Below, in pieces: positions 26,401 through 38,281 of a stretch of DNA of 64,000 bases. Below the pieces are notes generated by a model, which saw only the letters and a program-made list of their open reading frames with translations, was not told the DNA's origin and did not search any database. The DNA is taken from positions 857,624 through 921,623 of the forward strand of contig BDGG01000009.1 of the NCBI GenBank assembly GCA_001949185.1, in the 5' to 3' direction. The translations under genes and the position numbers were made by a program. This DNA is from Ramazzottius varieornatus. Its lineage: Eukaryota; Animalia; Tardigrada. The first letter of the stretch is position 1. Each line of letters begins with the position of its first letter.

Positions 26401-27530
26401 GTGACGTTGGTCAACTGATTACGAGTGGCATTCATTCCTTCGGTGGCGTAAGCCGTACCCAAGTTGTGCTGGATGATGCGATCGGAAGCCGAGCCTGAAA
26501 GTGGAGCCGTCAACGGAGAGGATTTGTCGAACTGGCCAGGAACTCCAGCCAGAATGTCCGGGTGGACTGTTGTAACGCTCTTTACGGTGGTTTCGTGGGC
26601 ACTGACGATGCTTGGTTGGTGGTCACTGAGAGAGTGATGTCCAAAGCCATGATTATCGCTAACGGTGGCCGGAATGGTGTGCTTTACTTCCGTATGGTGG
26701 TGGCCGTGGTGGTCGTGGTGGCTGGACTCGTGGTGCACGTCCTCGCTGTGACTTTTCTTCCCGACCAGCTTCTTGAATCCAGTTGAAATCTTGCTTCCGA
26801 GCTTTTTGATACCTATATGAACACATATACTTCCATGAAGGATTCTAATAGTTCTGTTAAACTCAGAACTCTGCAATTTACGCAATTGTTTTCTCAAAAG
26901 GCTCACGCTCGCACCCGATACCAGTAAGAACGTGCGCCACTTGGTAAAATCATAGCAACGTTTCGTTCAGCTGTGGATGACATCACAACTACTGGCTCAG
27001 CCACGCCTCTTTTCACAACTGCTGTAAAACGTAACCCGTGACGTCATCGATTAGAGTCACGCTCTGTCGATTTCAGCGGTAAATATCAAATTAATTTGCA
27101 TAAATTGGTGTTTTACATGACTTTTCTTTCTGTTCAGCGGCAGGTTTTTTCTGTCAGACGGTGGTGAGCATAATGGTTTTATGTTCGAACAGATTCAAAA
27201 GAAGAACATTCTCGAAAGGGGTTTGTTTATGTTGACCGTACCCGATTTCTTCTTTCTTCCTTCGATGTCATGTGCTCCTTCATCCGACGACAAGCTGGAC
27301 TCGGAAGAGACCTCCGCATTGCCATGAAGGTTAGGAGTGCGCTGGACCAAAATTCTTTCTTGTACAGTCTCACCAACAGTGGGATCCTCAACGACCCGTA
27401 CCGTATCCTTGACCACGTCGACGCGGGAGGAAACTTCCCCAGTGGGAGGAAGGCCACTATCAGGATGTGGCTCCACAGCAACCACATCGGGCACTTTCAG
27501 CTTGTTCAGATGCTGTCCGTAAGCTTCCAT
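23414..27530 (-). CDS. ~870-aa predicted intrinsically disordered orphan protein (7 exons)
   Basis: Exons 27530-27242, 26812-26327, 25985-25282, ~25199-25142, ~24859-24577, ~24504-24084 and ~23802-23414 all join in frame through GT-AG sites. Ser/Thr/Glu/His/Val-rich with few aromatics or Cys. Confidence 0.8.
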
Positions 27531-27687
27531 TCTCGTGGAGAACAGATGAGCAGGTATCGTAGTGAAACTTTTCTTCTTGGGAGCAGCAGAGTTGGGAAAT
27601 AGTACTGGGGAAACGAGAGCAAAATTTAGTATGACTGATTTTGCAGAATTTTTGACTTTGTTTATGACTTGATGATTGATGAAGATC

Positions 27688-27733
27688 ACATGACATAGCA
27701 TAGTATGACATGTATGACATGACATGACTTGAC
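27688..27733. repeat. Degenerate (ACATG)n pentamer microsatellite
   Basis: acatgacatagcatagtatgacatgtatgacatgacatgacttgac, just upstream of the disordered-protein start codon. Confidence 0.6.
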
Positions 27734-28460
27734 AACACACATAGTTGGGTGGCAGTACGGCCTGCCATATCTGTCATAGATTCTCCAATTTGCGACTGGG
27801 AAGTGGGCAGGTGTGGTCATCGACGGAACCAGGAGCCAGCTGGTTTTGAAACTTCTTCTGACCTTCCCAAGGTGCAAACCGGTAAAAAATTAAAAGTCTG
27901 AACTTATTCACCGTCGCTTGAAGTTATGGTCCTCACCTGCGTACATGTTACACTGTATGGATACTTCCCTCATTAATCTTTTATTTGTTTTTGTTTCAGG
28001 TGTTCCCTCGGGGACCTTCACTTCGGATGTGACCTGAATATCCTGGACAACTGTAGGTAGACAGACCGTGGGGTGGATGTTCCTTACGGAAGCGTAATAA
28101 ATGGAAAAAGATCACATCCGACGAGACATACCTGTGGATCTTCATGCAGAGCATGGCGAGCGTACTTCCCGATTGACGCATCTGATAACGACAAGTGCAT
28201 CCGCCACTCCCATATCCATCTACAGGAGAAAAGAGGGATACGCACTCATTCATAATTCCGCGTCGACAAGGTAGCGAACCGTGAGAGGTTCATTTGTCAA
28301 ACCATCAGAAACTGCTGTCGGAGCCGTCAGTAGTTGATTCTTCAGTATACCGGTGTGAATCCTTCCTTCCGCATTTCTAGGCTGAAGTTACTTTAATGTT
28401 CAGTTGGCAGGATTTTTGAGATTGTTCTTCGAGCGACCAATGCTCGAGAAATTATCAACA

Positions 28461-28950
28461 ATGTGCAGCAATGCATCTTTTGGTTTTTCAAGGACATCGA
28501 TGACGATCTGCCTCATTGGAATCCTGCTAATCACCGGCAGAATAAACTGCCAAACCAGGAGTCCAAAATACACGACCAAATCCCAGCCGATTCAGTCGGC
28601 CACTGCCACGAAGATGGCGTTATGCATCGGTAAAGCGTAAACGATCCGAGGCAGTTTTGCGTTTGCCATCATTATCATCTTTTTCCAGTGAACTGCAGCC
28701 AGTGCGAGGACTTACTTGGATTAAGGTTCGATCACCGACACTGCGCCAAGGACTGTCTAGGTATTGTTCCGCGCCGTGATTCCAGACACCCACTCGATCA
28801 TGACAAAATATATTTCTTTTTTCTGTAGAACGGAAAGGTGCTGTTATTACGGACTGCACAGTCCCGTCGTCAGTCCATCCTTACATGAAAATGTGGAAGA
28901 GGTCCTCCTTTCGGTGGAACGTTTCTCCACATAACGAAGATGCCCAGTAG
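28461..28950 (+). CDS. Eh: Eclosion hormone-like prepropeptide, paralogue B (3 exons, divergent)
   Basis: Exons 28461 (or 28500)-28629, 28689-28760 and 28829-28950 give ...MTICLIGILLITGRINCQTRSPKYTTKSQPIQSATATKMALCIVNCSQCEDLLGLRFDHRHCAKDCLERKGAVITDCTVPSSVHPYMKMWKRSSFRWNVSPHNEDAQ*. Same six-Cys spacing and same first-intron position as paralogues A and C. Only the first exon shows in the ORF track. Confidence 0.85.
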
Positions 28951-29268
28951 TTGACAATTCGGTAGACTACACCTGAATGCATCAAGGTCAGCTTCGAAAC
29001 ATTACGCATTAGACCGTCGTGCGAACTGGAATAGATAGATCGAGAAAAGTATACGTGCTGCCCCTATTATGACTATCGGGTTTGTCGGGTCGTAAAGCCA
29101 CTGTTTAGAATCGCTTATGGTCCTCTGCACTACATCGCCAGCAAAGACATGCCTGCCGTCGATTTATTTTTCGGTTTTCAATTTTAATAATAAAAGAGTG
29201 ATGAACTACCAGTGGCCGTCTTGGGTCTTCGCACGGAGCAAGTTCGAAACCCGCAGTGAGATTTCCAG

Positions 29269-31451
29269 TCATTGACTAGGAAGACCTGTCGGTTGGGCAA
29301 CGTTCAACACTGCGCGTTTTCTTCTAAAATGGGTGCTTAAAAAGGGATAATAATATTCATGGCTTGGCGAGTACGGTATTGCAGTGAACGATCCTGCGAG
29401 GTTTGGGCAGTAGACCGAAACGCTGACTACCGCCGTGGTAGTTTGTCCATCACTGGACTGCGCTTGCACCACCAGGGTATTTAGCCCGTTGTAAGGTACT
29501 CCAATGAGAGAGAGGGAACCGGTTAGTTGATTGATGGTGAAGGAATTTCCACCAGCCAGCATGCTATAATAAACTTGGCCTCCACAACTGTTTGCCGTAA
29601 CTTGACCCACCAGCATTCCAGTGGCACAGCTGCTGAGGACAAAGTTGTAAAAGGACACCGGGAATCTTGGCGCTCCACTGACGACATTGACCGTGACAGG
29701 GACCAGGCTGACACGACCGACGCCGTTACCTGACAAGGCTTGCACGTTGAAGGTTTGCAGTCCTGGTGGAGGAGCCTGAATGATGGTGAGCTGTCCTGTG
29801 GCTGCGTTAATGGCGAAAAATGGATTGCCATTCTGCAGGAAGTATGAGACACCTCCAACTGAGCTAACAGCCGACACACTGCCGATGATATTACCGGGAA
29901 CACAGTTGTAGACGGTGAAGTAATACGAGGACTGCGCGAACCCGTCGAAATTCCTGGCGCACGAACTGACGACGTTGACGGTTACCGACGCCGACTGACC
30001 GATTGATGAGATGGCGATAACTGTCATTGACTGCGACCAGGTGTCGGTCGGTGGTGTTTGTACTAGGCTTATGATTCCCGTGAGGGGATTAATGGCAAAG
30101 TAAGAGTTGCCACCGAGAATGGAGTAACTAACGCTGGAGCCACTGGCTTGGGCTAATACTTGGCCGACAACCGACCCCGCAAGACATGCGCCGCTGGAGA
30201 ACTGATAGGTTGACTGAGAAAAGAAGATGCTTCCAGCAAAAGGAACAAAGTTTGGTATGTCGGCAGGGTTACAGCTTGTGGTGACCGTCACGGGGACTGT
30301 GGATATCAAGCCGGCATTCGATTTCCCACTCACGAAGAAGTTGGTCGTGGTGGCCGTCCCAGGAACCGCGCTCAAAATCAAGGTCCCAGACTGTGGGTCC
30401 ACAGAGAAGAAAGGGTTACCGCCGACAATCGAGTAGGTGACGGCGTTGTCGGCGAACAATTGTCCGACACGTTGACCGGGGATGCATGAACCTATGACAA
30501 AAGTGTAGCCTGGTTGACTGAAGACTACGGGGAAGAAACTGCCTGGACGGAAGTCGATATCCGTCGATCCTGCTGAATACTGCTCCAACGGGTGATATTC
30601 CGCTTCGTACTTTTTGGTCCGGATCAAGGAGCTATTTCTGGCGAGGTTGTAAGGCAGGAAAGAAGGGATTATGCTAATGCGAACGATGCCTTCACAAAAC
30701 TACGAAAAACATGGCAATCAGTGCGGCAAATGAGACACCGGCAAATGTTTTGCCCCAGGTGGTTTGCCCAAGTGGCGCACTTTTTCGGCCAACAGCACTG
30801 ACAACCTGCGCCGCTTGGGAAGACGATCAAATTCGACGAAAATGTTTTCCCCAGCGGCGCACGCTCGCAGCCAATGACAGTGGAATCGTGCGCGACTCAG
30901 GAAAGCGATTTGGGTGAAAGCATGGGCCGATGCCCTGAATATGACAGAACCATGGTTTAGATCCTGATACGCACATTGTCTTCTCGTTTAGGGTCCGTGG
31001 CACGAATGATGAATTCCACCGTAGACCGTGGTAAGTTCTTCGAGTGTCTTCTTTTCTGAACTGGCTGGGCTACGGTCACGTCTCCTGTATACGGGTGAAT
31101 CGCGAACGTAGCCACGGAACTGTTCTTGATGGTCCACTTGGGACGCCGCCCATCCCTCAACTGCGTGGCGGCGCGAAGAACAAAAGTTTCCGGTTTTGCC
31201 GTATCCAGTACGGCTCCGTGATATATTTTCTGGGAACACATCATCCTGTCTAGATTCTGCTCCTACGACATACGCCAAACGTATTAAGTCGATTGACAGT
31301 CCGTAGAGTCAAATCAAACGGAGAAGGGCGTGGCACGCTCATAATATCTTACCCGGTTCTTCGATGACGAAAGGCCTACATTTATCGAGGCAGTTGAAAG
31401 GAGAATGAACGGGTAAATGCCGGCCATCTGTCTCATTATGTCCTTAGCCAT
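29269..31451 (-). CDS. Secreted protein with ~5 cadherin-like repeats and no transmembrane segment (~605 aa, 3 exons)
   Basis: Exon 1 (31451-~31353) encodes a signal-like MAKDIMRQMAGIYPFILLSTASINVGLSS. Exon 2 is ~31262-30975 and exon 3 is 30699-29269. Repeats follow FSQxxYxF...G..VG.V.A...YSI.GGN.FF.I.P.TG.I.L....V.V.V. Confidence 0.82.
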
Positions 31452-32005
31452 GGCGTATTACGTAAAACGACATGGTAAACTGAATGGAATTTTATTAGCA
31501 TTCGTCTGCCGACTGACGAGCTTCCTGCTATATGCGGTATCTTGCCGATCGAGCTACACAGCATGCTGTTTGACCATCACTTTTTATCACTTTTGTAGGA
31601 CCATGCACTCCTGAACCGGTAAACTCACCGAGGGCCAACTCAGCAAATTTGAATGTGGACAAAGGAACTGAACCAGATTGCTTTTTCAAGTGGCGCACAC
31701 TACAGCCAATGACGATGCAAACGTGCGCCACATGGGATAGCGATCAGGCTCGATTCATTTACCCACGTCCCCAGTCAAGTCGACCGGAAATTATTTAATT
31801 TTTACTAGCTCTTTTATTTTAAAGGCGGGTTTCGACAAAGTCTACCGAAAAATAATCTACACAAAGCTGCAGCTTACAATTTACGGTAATTTCACTTTCT
31901 AAATGAAAAGCTCAAGCTCACACATAATACCATGCCAATAATACTAAAAAGTGTCAGTGTCAGTCGTCCGAGTTTCACTTTCGTCTTTTTCCATTTTTAC
32001 AGCCT

Positions 32006-33006
32006 TCAGTTGGGATTTGTGCCCATGTTTCGGAGGAGGTCGTTCTTGGATGAGGGTAGTGAAGCCAAGTTCATTTCCGGCGGGATGATCAGCACGGGAA
32101 GCGGATAGTGTACATCCCCAGTGGAGTTCCCCGATGCTGTAATCAATAATTGCTTTAGTTACCGAGCGAAATACGCGGGATGTAGGGCAGCTGGATTATC
32201 AACAGTGCAAAACAACTCTCCACGACGGTGAAGCATGATCGTAGGTACGTGGGAGCTCGGCAAACATACTTTTCCGAATGGTGCAGTCTTTCAGTCGATA
32301 ACACCGGCATCATGCGCCACTTAGGATAACGATCTGATCGTGTTTGTTTGCCAATTTCCTACGCTTTACGGACAGAACTCAAGCTACTATAATATGAAGA
32401 GACGCAGAACCCATAGAAGCGCGATGATCCCCAGATTCAATTCAAGATAACGTTATCGTTCAGAAAGGTTAGGATAAATTATTAGTGTGACTTACTGCAG
32501 AGATAGGAGGCGCAGCATTTGGAATTCAGCGGAAGCGCCATGCAGTCCTTCATGGGAAGACCGTCCACCGAGCAGGTGATTTGGGCACAGTAGATCTGGC
32601 TTTGACGGCAGATGCACAGTGGCTTACAAGGGTCGCTGGAAAATATAGATAAAGTAAGGATAACGAGAATCACGTTCAATACTTGACAAGAGTTTCGAAA
32701 TAAAATGCATCCCACCTGCTGACTATTTCATCCACATCATTGCAAGCTAAAAACAGAAAGATTATTCAAGTTTGTCCCAAAATATCAGGCGCATTGGAAA
32801 CTCTGCTGTGCGAAGAATTCAGTTCGTCGTTTCCGGAAATTTACAATGTGACACCTACCGGGGCCGCTGATGATCACGCCGCTATTAACCGTCAGCTGGG
32901 AGGTGACTGCCCTTTCGTTATTAGGCAAGGGTGTGGGCATCGCGATGGTTGTTGTAGCTATTACAGCCAGGAGAAGAAGCCCGAAGATGCGTTTCATGGC
33001 GTTCAT
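32006..33006 (-). CDS. Small secreted single-VWC-domain protein, paralogue 1 (4 exons)
   Basis: Signal MKRIFGLLLLAVIATTTIA; spliced ACNDVDEIVSSDPCKPLCICRQSQIYCAQITC...DC...KCCASYLC; tail TSGNSTGDVHYPLPVLIIPPEM...PN*. Confidence 0.82.
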
Positions 33007-34700
33007 CCCTCAAAGGTGCGGCGACCCAACAAAAGCAGAACAAAATACGCTATATTGGATTTAGGGAGATCTCAGAGCTTTAGTGATATGACAAGCTACA
33101 AAAAAATAATTTCGTGAGGGCAATAACTTAGAGTAGGCGTCCAGACTGTCGCACAAACGGAACTAAATCGTGAGTTTCCCATGCAGCGAAATATATAGAC
33201 TGTGACAACCCTGGCCGGCTCTGTCAACAAGAAAAATTATGAAGAGCCTGTTCCCCATATTGTTTACGACGACAGATGCTTCTAAACTTTAGAAAACTGT
33301 CAAGTCTCGGTGTAGCCGCACGTAAAGTCGGACGGTGGATTTATCTTGTCAAAGGCCAAGACCCGAAACCCTGATGGTTCCCAGCTCGAATTACCTACGT
33401 TTTGGCCACAAGAGTACCGCATGTGATTCTTCTACGTGGATCTTTTGTGGGGCTATGCCAAGACCTGTCCCGTTTCGCTCAAAGCGCATTAGGGTACTTG
33501 GCGAGAGACCCGGATGATCATTCATCGACCATCACGCTGCACGCAGACCAGCCAAGATGCTCCATTAATCCCAAGGGTAGGGCAAGGCGCCGAAACGTCT
33601 CTTGTCTTCACTTGCGGCTGTCTTTCGCGGTTTCCGGAACTGTCTTTGTTGACAAGGTCGCTTTCACAAAGTCACTCGCCACTGACGTCACGGAAAAACT
33701 TCGCTAATGGAACGCTTGAGACGACCTTCAAATGCAAGAAACCCGTAAGGAAAAGTTTAAAGATTTGGGACGACAGAAAAATAGAGCATCTAGCCTACCT
33801 GGGCAAACAAACTCGACAAGACTACACCTTTCCAGCTAATCACACTGAAAAGATGCGCCACTTGGGAAACGAGTTCAACTTGTTCGCATGGGTCCCGCAA
33901 ACGAAATTATCGCAAAGAAAGTGGGAAAATATGTCTGAGCTTTGGGCCTTTTGAACACTTAAGGCACTTTCCTTTGATTGTCTTTGTGAAGTTCAAACAC
34001 ATGGGACTCTGTGATGCCACGACAGCTCTGAGTGCGCCGGTCTGCCGGGACGCATCTTCCGGCTGCTCCTTACGGGCCCGTGACTATGTTATAGTTTTTT
34101 TATGGGTTATACTTCACGACGTCGGAACTTTGAGATGCCGAAGTAGTGGTAAGCGGGTTGAGACATCAAACGCCTTTACGACCAGGACGGACCGCTGGAT
34201 TTCCGTGGTTCCCAAATGATGAGATCAGAGCTCTTGGTGGAGTGAGTGAGTAACAAATCGCTGCTGGAGTCATCCTAATGCCCTTCCGTTAATATGACCA
34301 TTAACTTCCCGTTTCTCTGATGGCAGACCGCAAACCTATGTTTAAAAAAAGATATATCATAATTATGTGCCATTGGGTGCGTCATCGTTAACACAATGTT
34401 CACTACACATAGTTAACTTTTACGAGCCTGTCGAACATACTTAAAGCCCTGGTGTCACGACCCAAAACACCGCTCCAGTTTTTAGTCCAACTCACAACTA
34501 CAAAGTTTCTTCGGTTCAACTGCTTTCCTGTTTGAATGAAAGTGCTTCCGCCTCATCTTTAATAAAAATCTTTCGGAATTCGGATGCTGTCTCAAGCATA
34601 TTCCCGGTCCGGAAAGCTTGATTTCTCCTTCTGCCTCCGTTCTGAGCTTCTTACACTCTTATCTTGTCCACTAGGGAGTCTACCGTCGGTCGTGATCAAA

Positions 34701-35383
34701 ATGAATGCTTCCACCCTGACTTTCTTCCTTGGATTTGCCACAGCCTTGGCGGTTGCGACAGCAAGTCCTGTGAAAAAATCAACGTTTGAGGAATATTTTT
34801 CCACAAAGTCTGGCGATGGTAAGCTTAACGTTACAGTTGCATTTGGGAGGCCGGCAAACGACACTACCAGATTGTCATCTCAAGCGGCGCGCCATTCCGG
34901 TGTTACAGCATGAAGGCGTGCGCCACCTGAAAAGCAAACTAGACAGTACTGGCTGGAAGCGTGCGCCACTTACGGAAACAATCTGGTCGTGCTTGTCTGC
35001 CGAGGCCTTTCCATGCTCCCGTGTTCGCTCTGTTTTCACCACCATTCGTTCTCTAGCCTGCGATAAAGAAGGGGAAATAGAAAGCGCCGACCCGTGCAAG
35101 CCTTACTGTGTCTGTCATGAAGGTTCTGTTGTTTGTGCCGAGATCACTTGTACGGACGATTTTGAGTTACCCCAGCCCAACGCAGTCTGCAGCAAGCTCC
35201 ACGTGAGCCCGAAAACCCGTTGCTGCCACCATTATCTCTGCCGTACGTTCCGCAAATTTGTTTTATACTACACAGCCATTTGATCGCTAATGATACACTT
35301 AACTTGCAGTCCTGGAAGATGGAACCGGTACCATGGTGTATCCACTGCCACTCGTTTCCGCTCCAGATGAGCTCTACGCGTGA
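34701..35383 (+). CDS. Small secreted single-VWC-domain protein, paralogue 2 (3 exons)
   Basis: Signal MNASTLTFFLGFATALAVATA; ACDKEGEIESADPCKPYCVCHEGSVVCAEITC...VC...RCCHHYLC; tail LLEDGTGTMVYPLPLVSAPDELYA*. The stop overlaps a possible GTGAGT donor, so a further exon is possible. Confidence 0.82.
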
Positions 35384-36120
35384 GTGGGTTCCCGACCTCA
35401 CACGCTACCGTCGTCAACCGACAAGGCGGTCGTTTTCTGGTTAAGGCGGTCGTTTCGTCGAGTGCTTCTATGTTCGGACTTGCGGATCTCCATTGCTTGC
35501 CAGCTTGTCTACAGACATTTACCTATTTTCGGCTACCTGCAATGATACGGCTTGGGCTTTGCACATTATGTATATAGCTGCTTGTAAAATTCCTACGGAG
35601 GATTCTTGCTGGATAATTTTTTGCTGATATTCAGCCTGATTAGCTGCTGGGCAGCTCTGCTTATATGTCAATATTGCGGTCGAGTACTTCCGGTCGGACT
35701 CTTTATGAAGTAACCATAAGGAAACATCACATGAGAGACACGCAAGTGAAACATATCAGGTTGTCATCTTCAGTGGCGCACGTGTCCAGCCAGTAATACT
35801 TATAGCGTGCGCCACTTCCACAAATTCGACCAGATCGTCTCCCAAGTGGCGTACCTTTCACTAATGTTGGCTGGAAGTGTGCGCCAGTGAAAATGACATA
35901 TTTGTAAGTTTTGTTTTACCAACCTCCCACTTATTACACCAAGGGGTTCCCTAGAATGAAGAGGAAATGTAACCACGTGCTCAGAAAGATCAGCAATATC
36001 GTCAAAGAAAGGGGATAAAATTTCGAAAACACCGGAATAAGCCTACGTTATTTAGGCGGAGGTTTGTGAGCAGACGTCATCATGCAAGAGACGAACTTTC
36101 AAGCTCGCAAAAATGGCAGC

Positions 36121-37843
36121 TTACTTGGATGAGTTCTTTTTTTCCCTCATGCTGGCCATCTCGTCAACACTCTTAACCCTCATGAAAGGATTGTACTGCT
36201 TCTCTTCCTGAATAGTCGAGGGAGGCACCGGAAGTAATTCCTCTCGACGTTGCTGAAAAGAAACTTTCTGGTGCTCGGCCAGCAGAAAACGTGACAATAA
36301 TCAACAGAAGTGATGAAGTAGACTGGACAGACCTTGGCATATTGCATTTTTTGCTGGGTATGCCGATTATCAGCATCAACCGACAAGGCAAACTTCAGGT
36401 TCTGGATGCTGTATTCATGACCGCAATATACTTTCTGCAAACAAAGCGCCCAAATTCTTTCCGAGCGACTGAGCAGCCAAAGATTACTTTCCTACCGTCT
36501 CCTCGGGCAAACTTCCGAGCTTCCTCATATTCTCAAACATCTGCTCCGCTGTTCCCTCGAAGAATTTTCCGCAGCCTGTTTCCGTACAACATGTTAAATA
36601 AAATAGAAAAGAGTAAAATATGGATAGAGCATCGACTACACCCACAACGGACCACACAGAAAGAGCGTGTCTCCGGTGAAGACAGCCGGTGTTTCTCCAT
36701 CCTTCCCCGTAACGAAGTAGCCTACAGTACGAGCACCAACCATAGATTAACTTACACCAGGTCAAGAACCACTAGTGGTCATTCTCGACATACAAATGTG
36801 TCCTTTGGTATGACAAGGCGTCGCAATGCACCTCACATTGGTTGTGCCGATCTGAAAAAATCAATTGTTGGATACATCAAGCTCCATCTTCTCCTGTAAC
36901 GAAACGCTACCATTAACGTATCTCCATCCTTCACATGGTGGTCCAAAGAGTCAACACGCTCGTCGCCTCCTACGACTTGGATTCCCGGATAAGTAGCCTG
37001 GACTTTACCGTTTCCGCATGCATGGTCCCTGGAAAAAGGTTCTTGAATGCGAGCTCGGCAAACAAACTCGACCAGAAAGGTGTGCGCACGCTTCCAGCCA
37101 AGTTGCGCACGCTTCCGGCCAAGGACACTGAACGCGTGCGCTACTTGGGAGATGAAACTCGCCGAGTGTTGTGAGCTTCTTTATGAGCGGACTTACCAGT
37201 GGTGGTGGGTGGTGAGAATAGCCTTCAGTTTCTGGCCGTTCTTGTCAAGCTCGCTCTTCACCTAAGAACAAAAAAGAATGGGTTAGCTGGGAGGTACAAG
37301 AACGAACTACACGTACTGCGCCGTCAACTTCCGGTCGAATTTCCGAGCATTTGTGTGCTCACGCATCTTGAAGCATTTCGACTTTCAACTAAGACTTACA
37401 TACATTTTCTGGGTCAGCTGGGTCCACAACCCTGAAAACACAGCAGGTTTCGCTCGACGAACATCGTGGTTTAATGAGGAAGGGTCGGATACATACGCGG
37501 CTTCCTTAGTGGCCGTGTCCGTGATGACATACCTATAAGTCGACACAGAATCAACTTTGCATTCCTCTGGCATTCCACTGCCAGACAGAGAGACTTACAT
37601 AAAGTTGTCATCCAGGGCCGGGAGAATGGTTACGGTGAAGTTATCGGCATGCCTATGCAAGAATGGCTACAACAGCAGAACATGTATTATACGAATGGTG
37701 ATGAGGTACAGTACTCACTTGACCACGGTTGGTTTTGTGTGCGTGCTGGACATTCTGAGCACTCTGTACTGCGTGTAAGCCCTCCCAAGCCAAAGCGCTC
37801 CCCAGAAGTAGTCGGAGGTCTTCTGGTATGCACTTCGGAACAT
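36121..37843 (-). CDS. HAGH: Hydroxyacylglutathione hydrolase (glyoxalase II), multi-exon, with N-terminal extension
   Basis: Spliced motifs ILPALDDNFM|YVITDTATKEAA|VVDPADPEN, metallo-beta-lactamase LTTHHHW|DHACGN, TPCHTKGHI, CGKFFEGTAEQM, VYCGHEYSIQNLKFA and PSTIQEEKQYNPFMRV. Stop TAA at 36123-36121. Confidence 0.92.
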
Positions 37844-38281
37844 CAAGACGGAAGGATGATAACTGTTAAGGAAAGCACTTCCGGCAGTTTCCAGTTAGGG
37901 CTTCCCCCAAACGATATTTAGTAAACAAAAGCCGGATCGCAATCCCCGTTTTGAAGTACTGTTACGCCAATCAAGCAAGCCAGCGAAGTTAGGCTTTGAG
38001 CTCTGGTTTGTATTTTCATCGAAATTTACCTTTCTCATTCCATGTACACGTGTACAGAATGTTCATGAAGTGTTAATTCTCTTGCTACCCAGTGTTATTT
38101 TAATCATTATAATAGGAAATCGATTTTAATAATTAAAATCGTCTTAATTGTGCGAGTTAGTGTTCGCTTGATTGATTGATCCATAATAGGAAAACGGGAA
38201 AACTAGCTACTTCCTGTTTTCTTGTTATTTTGCATCTTTGCTTCCAGCTTGTACACCTCAGTTGCCGCCAGCGACCGAACA

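Noticed and set aside
36291-36899. 202-aa plus-strand ORF
   Set aside because: Antisense to glyoxalase II exons and introns; a shadow ORF.
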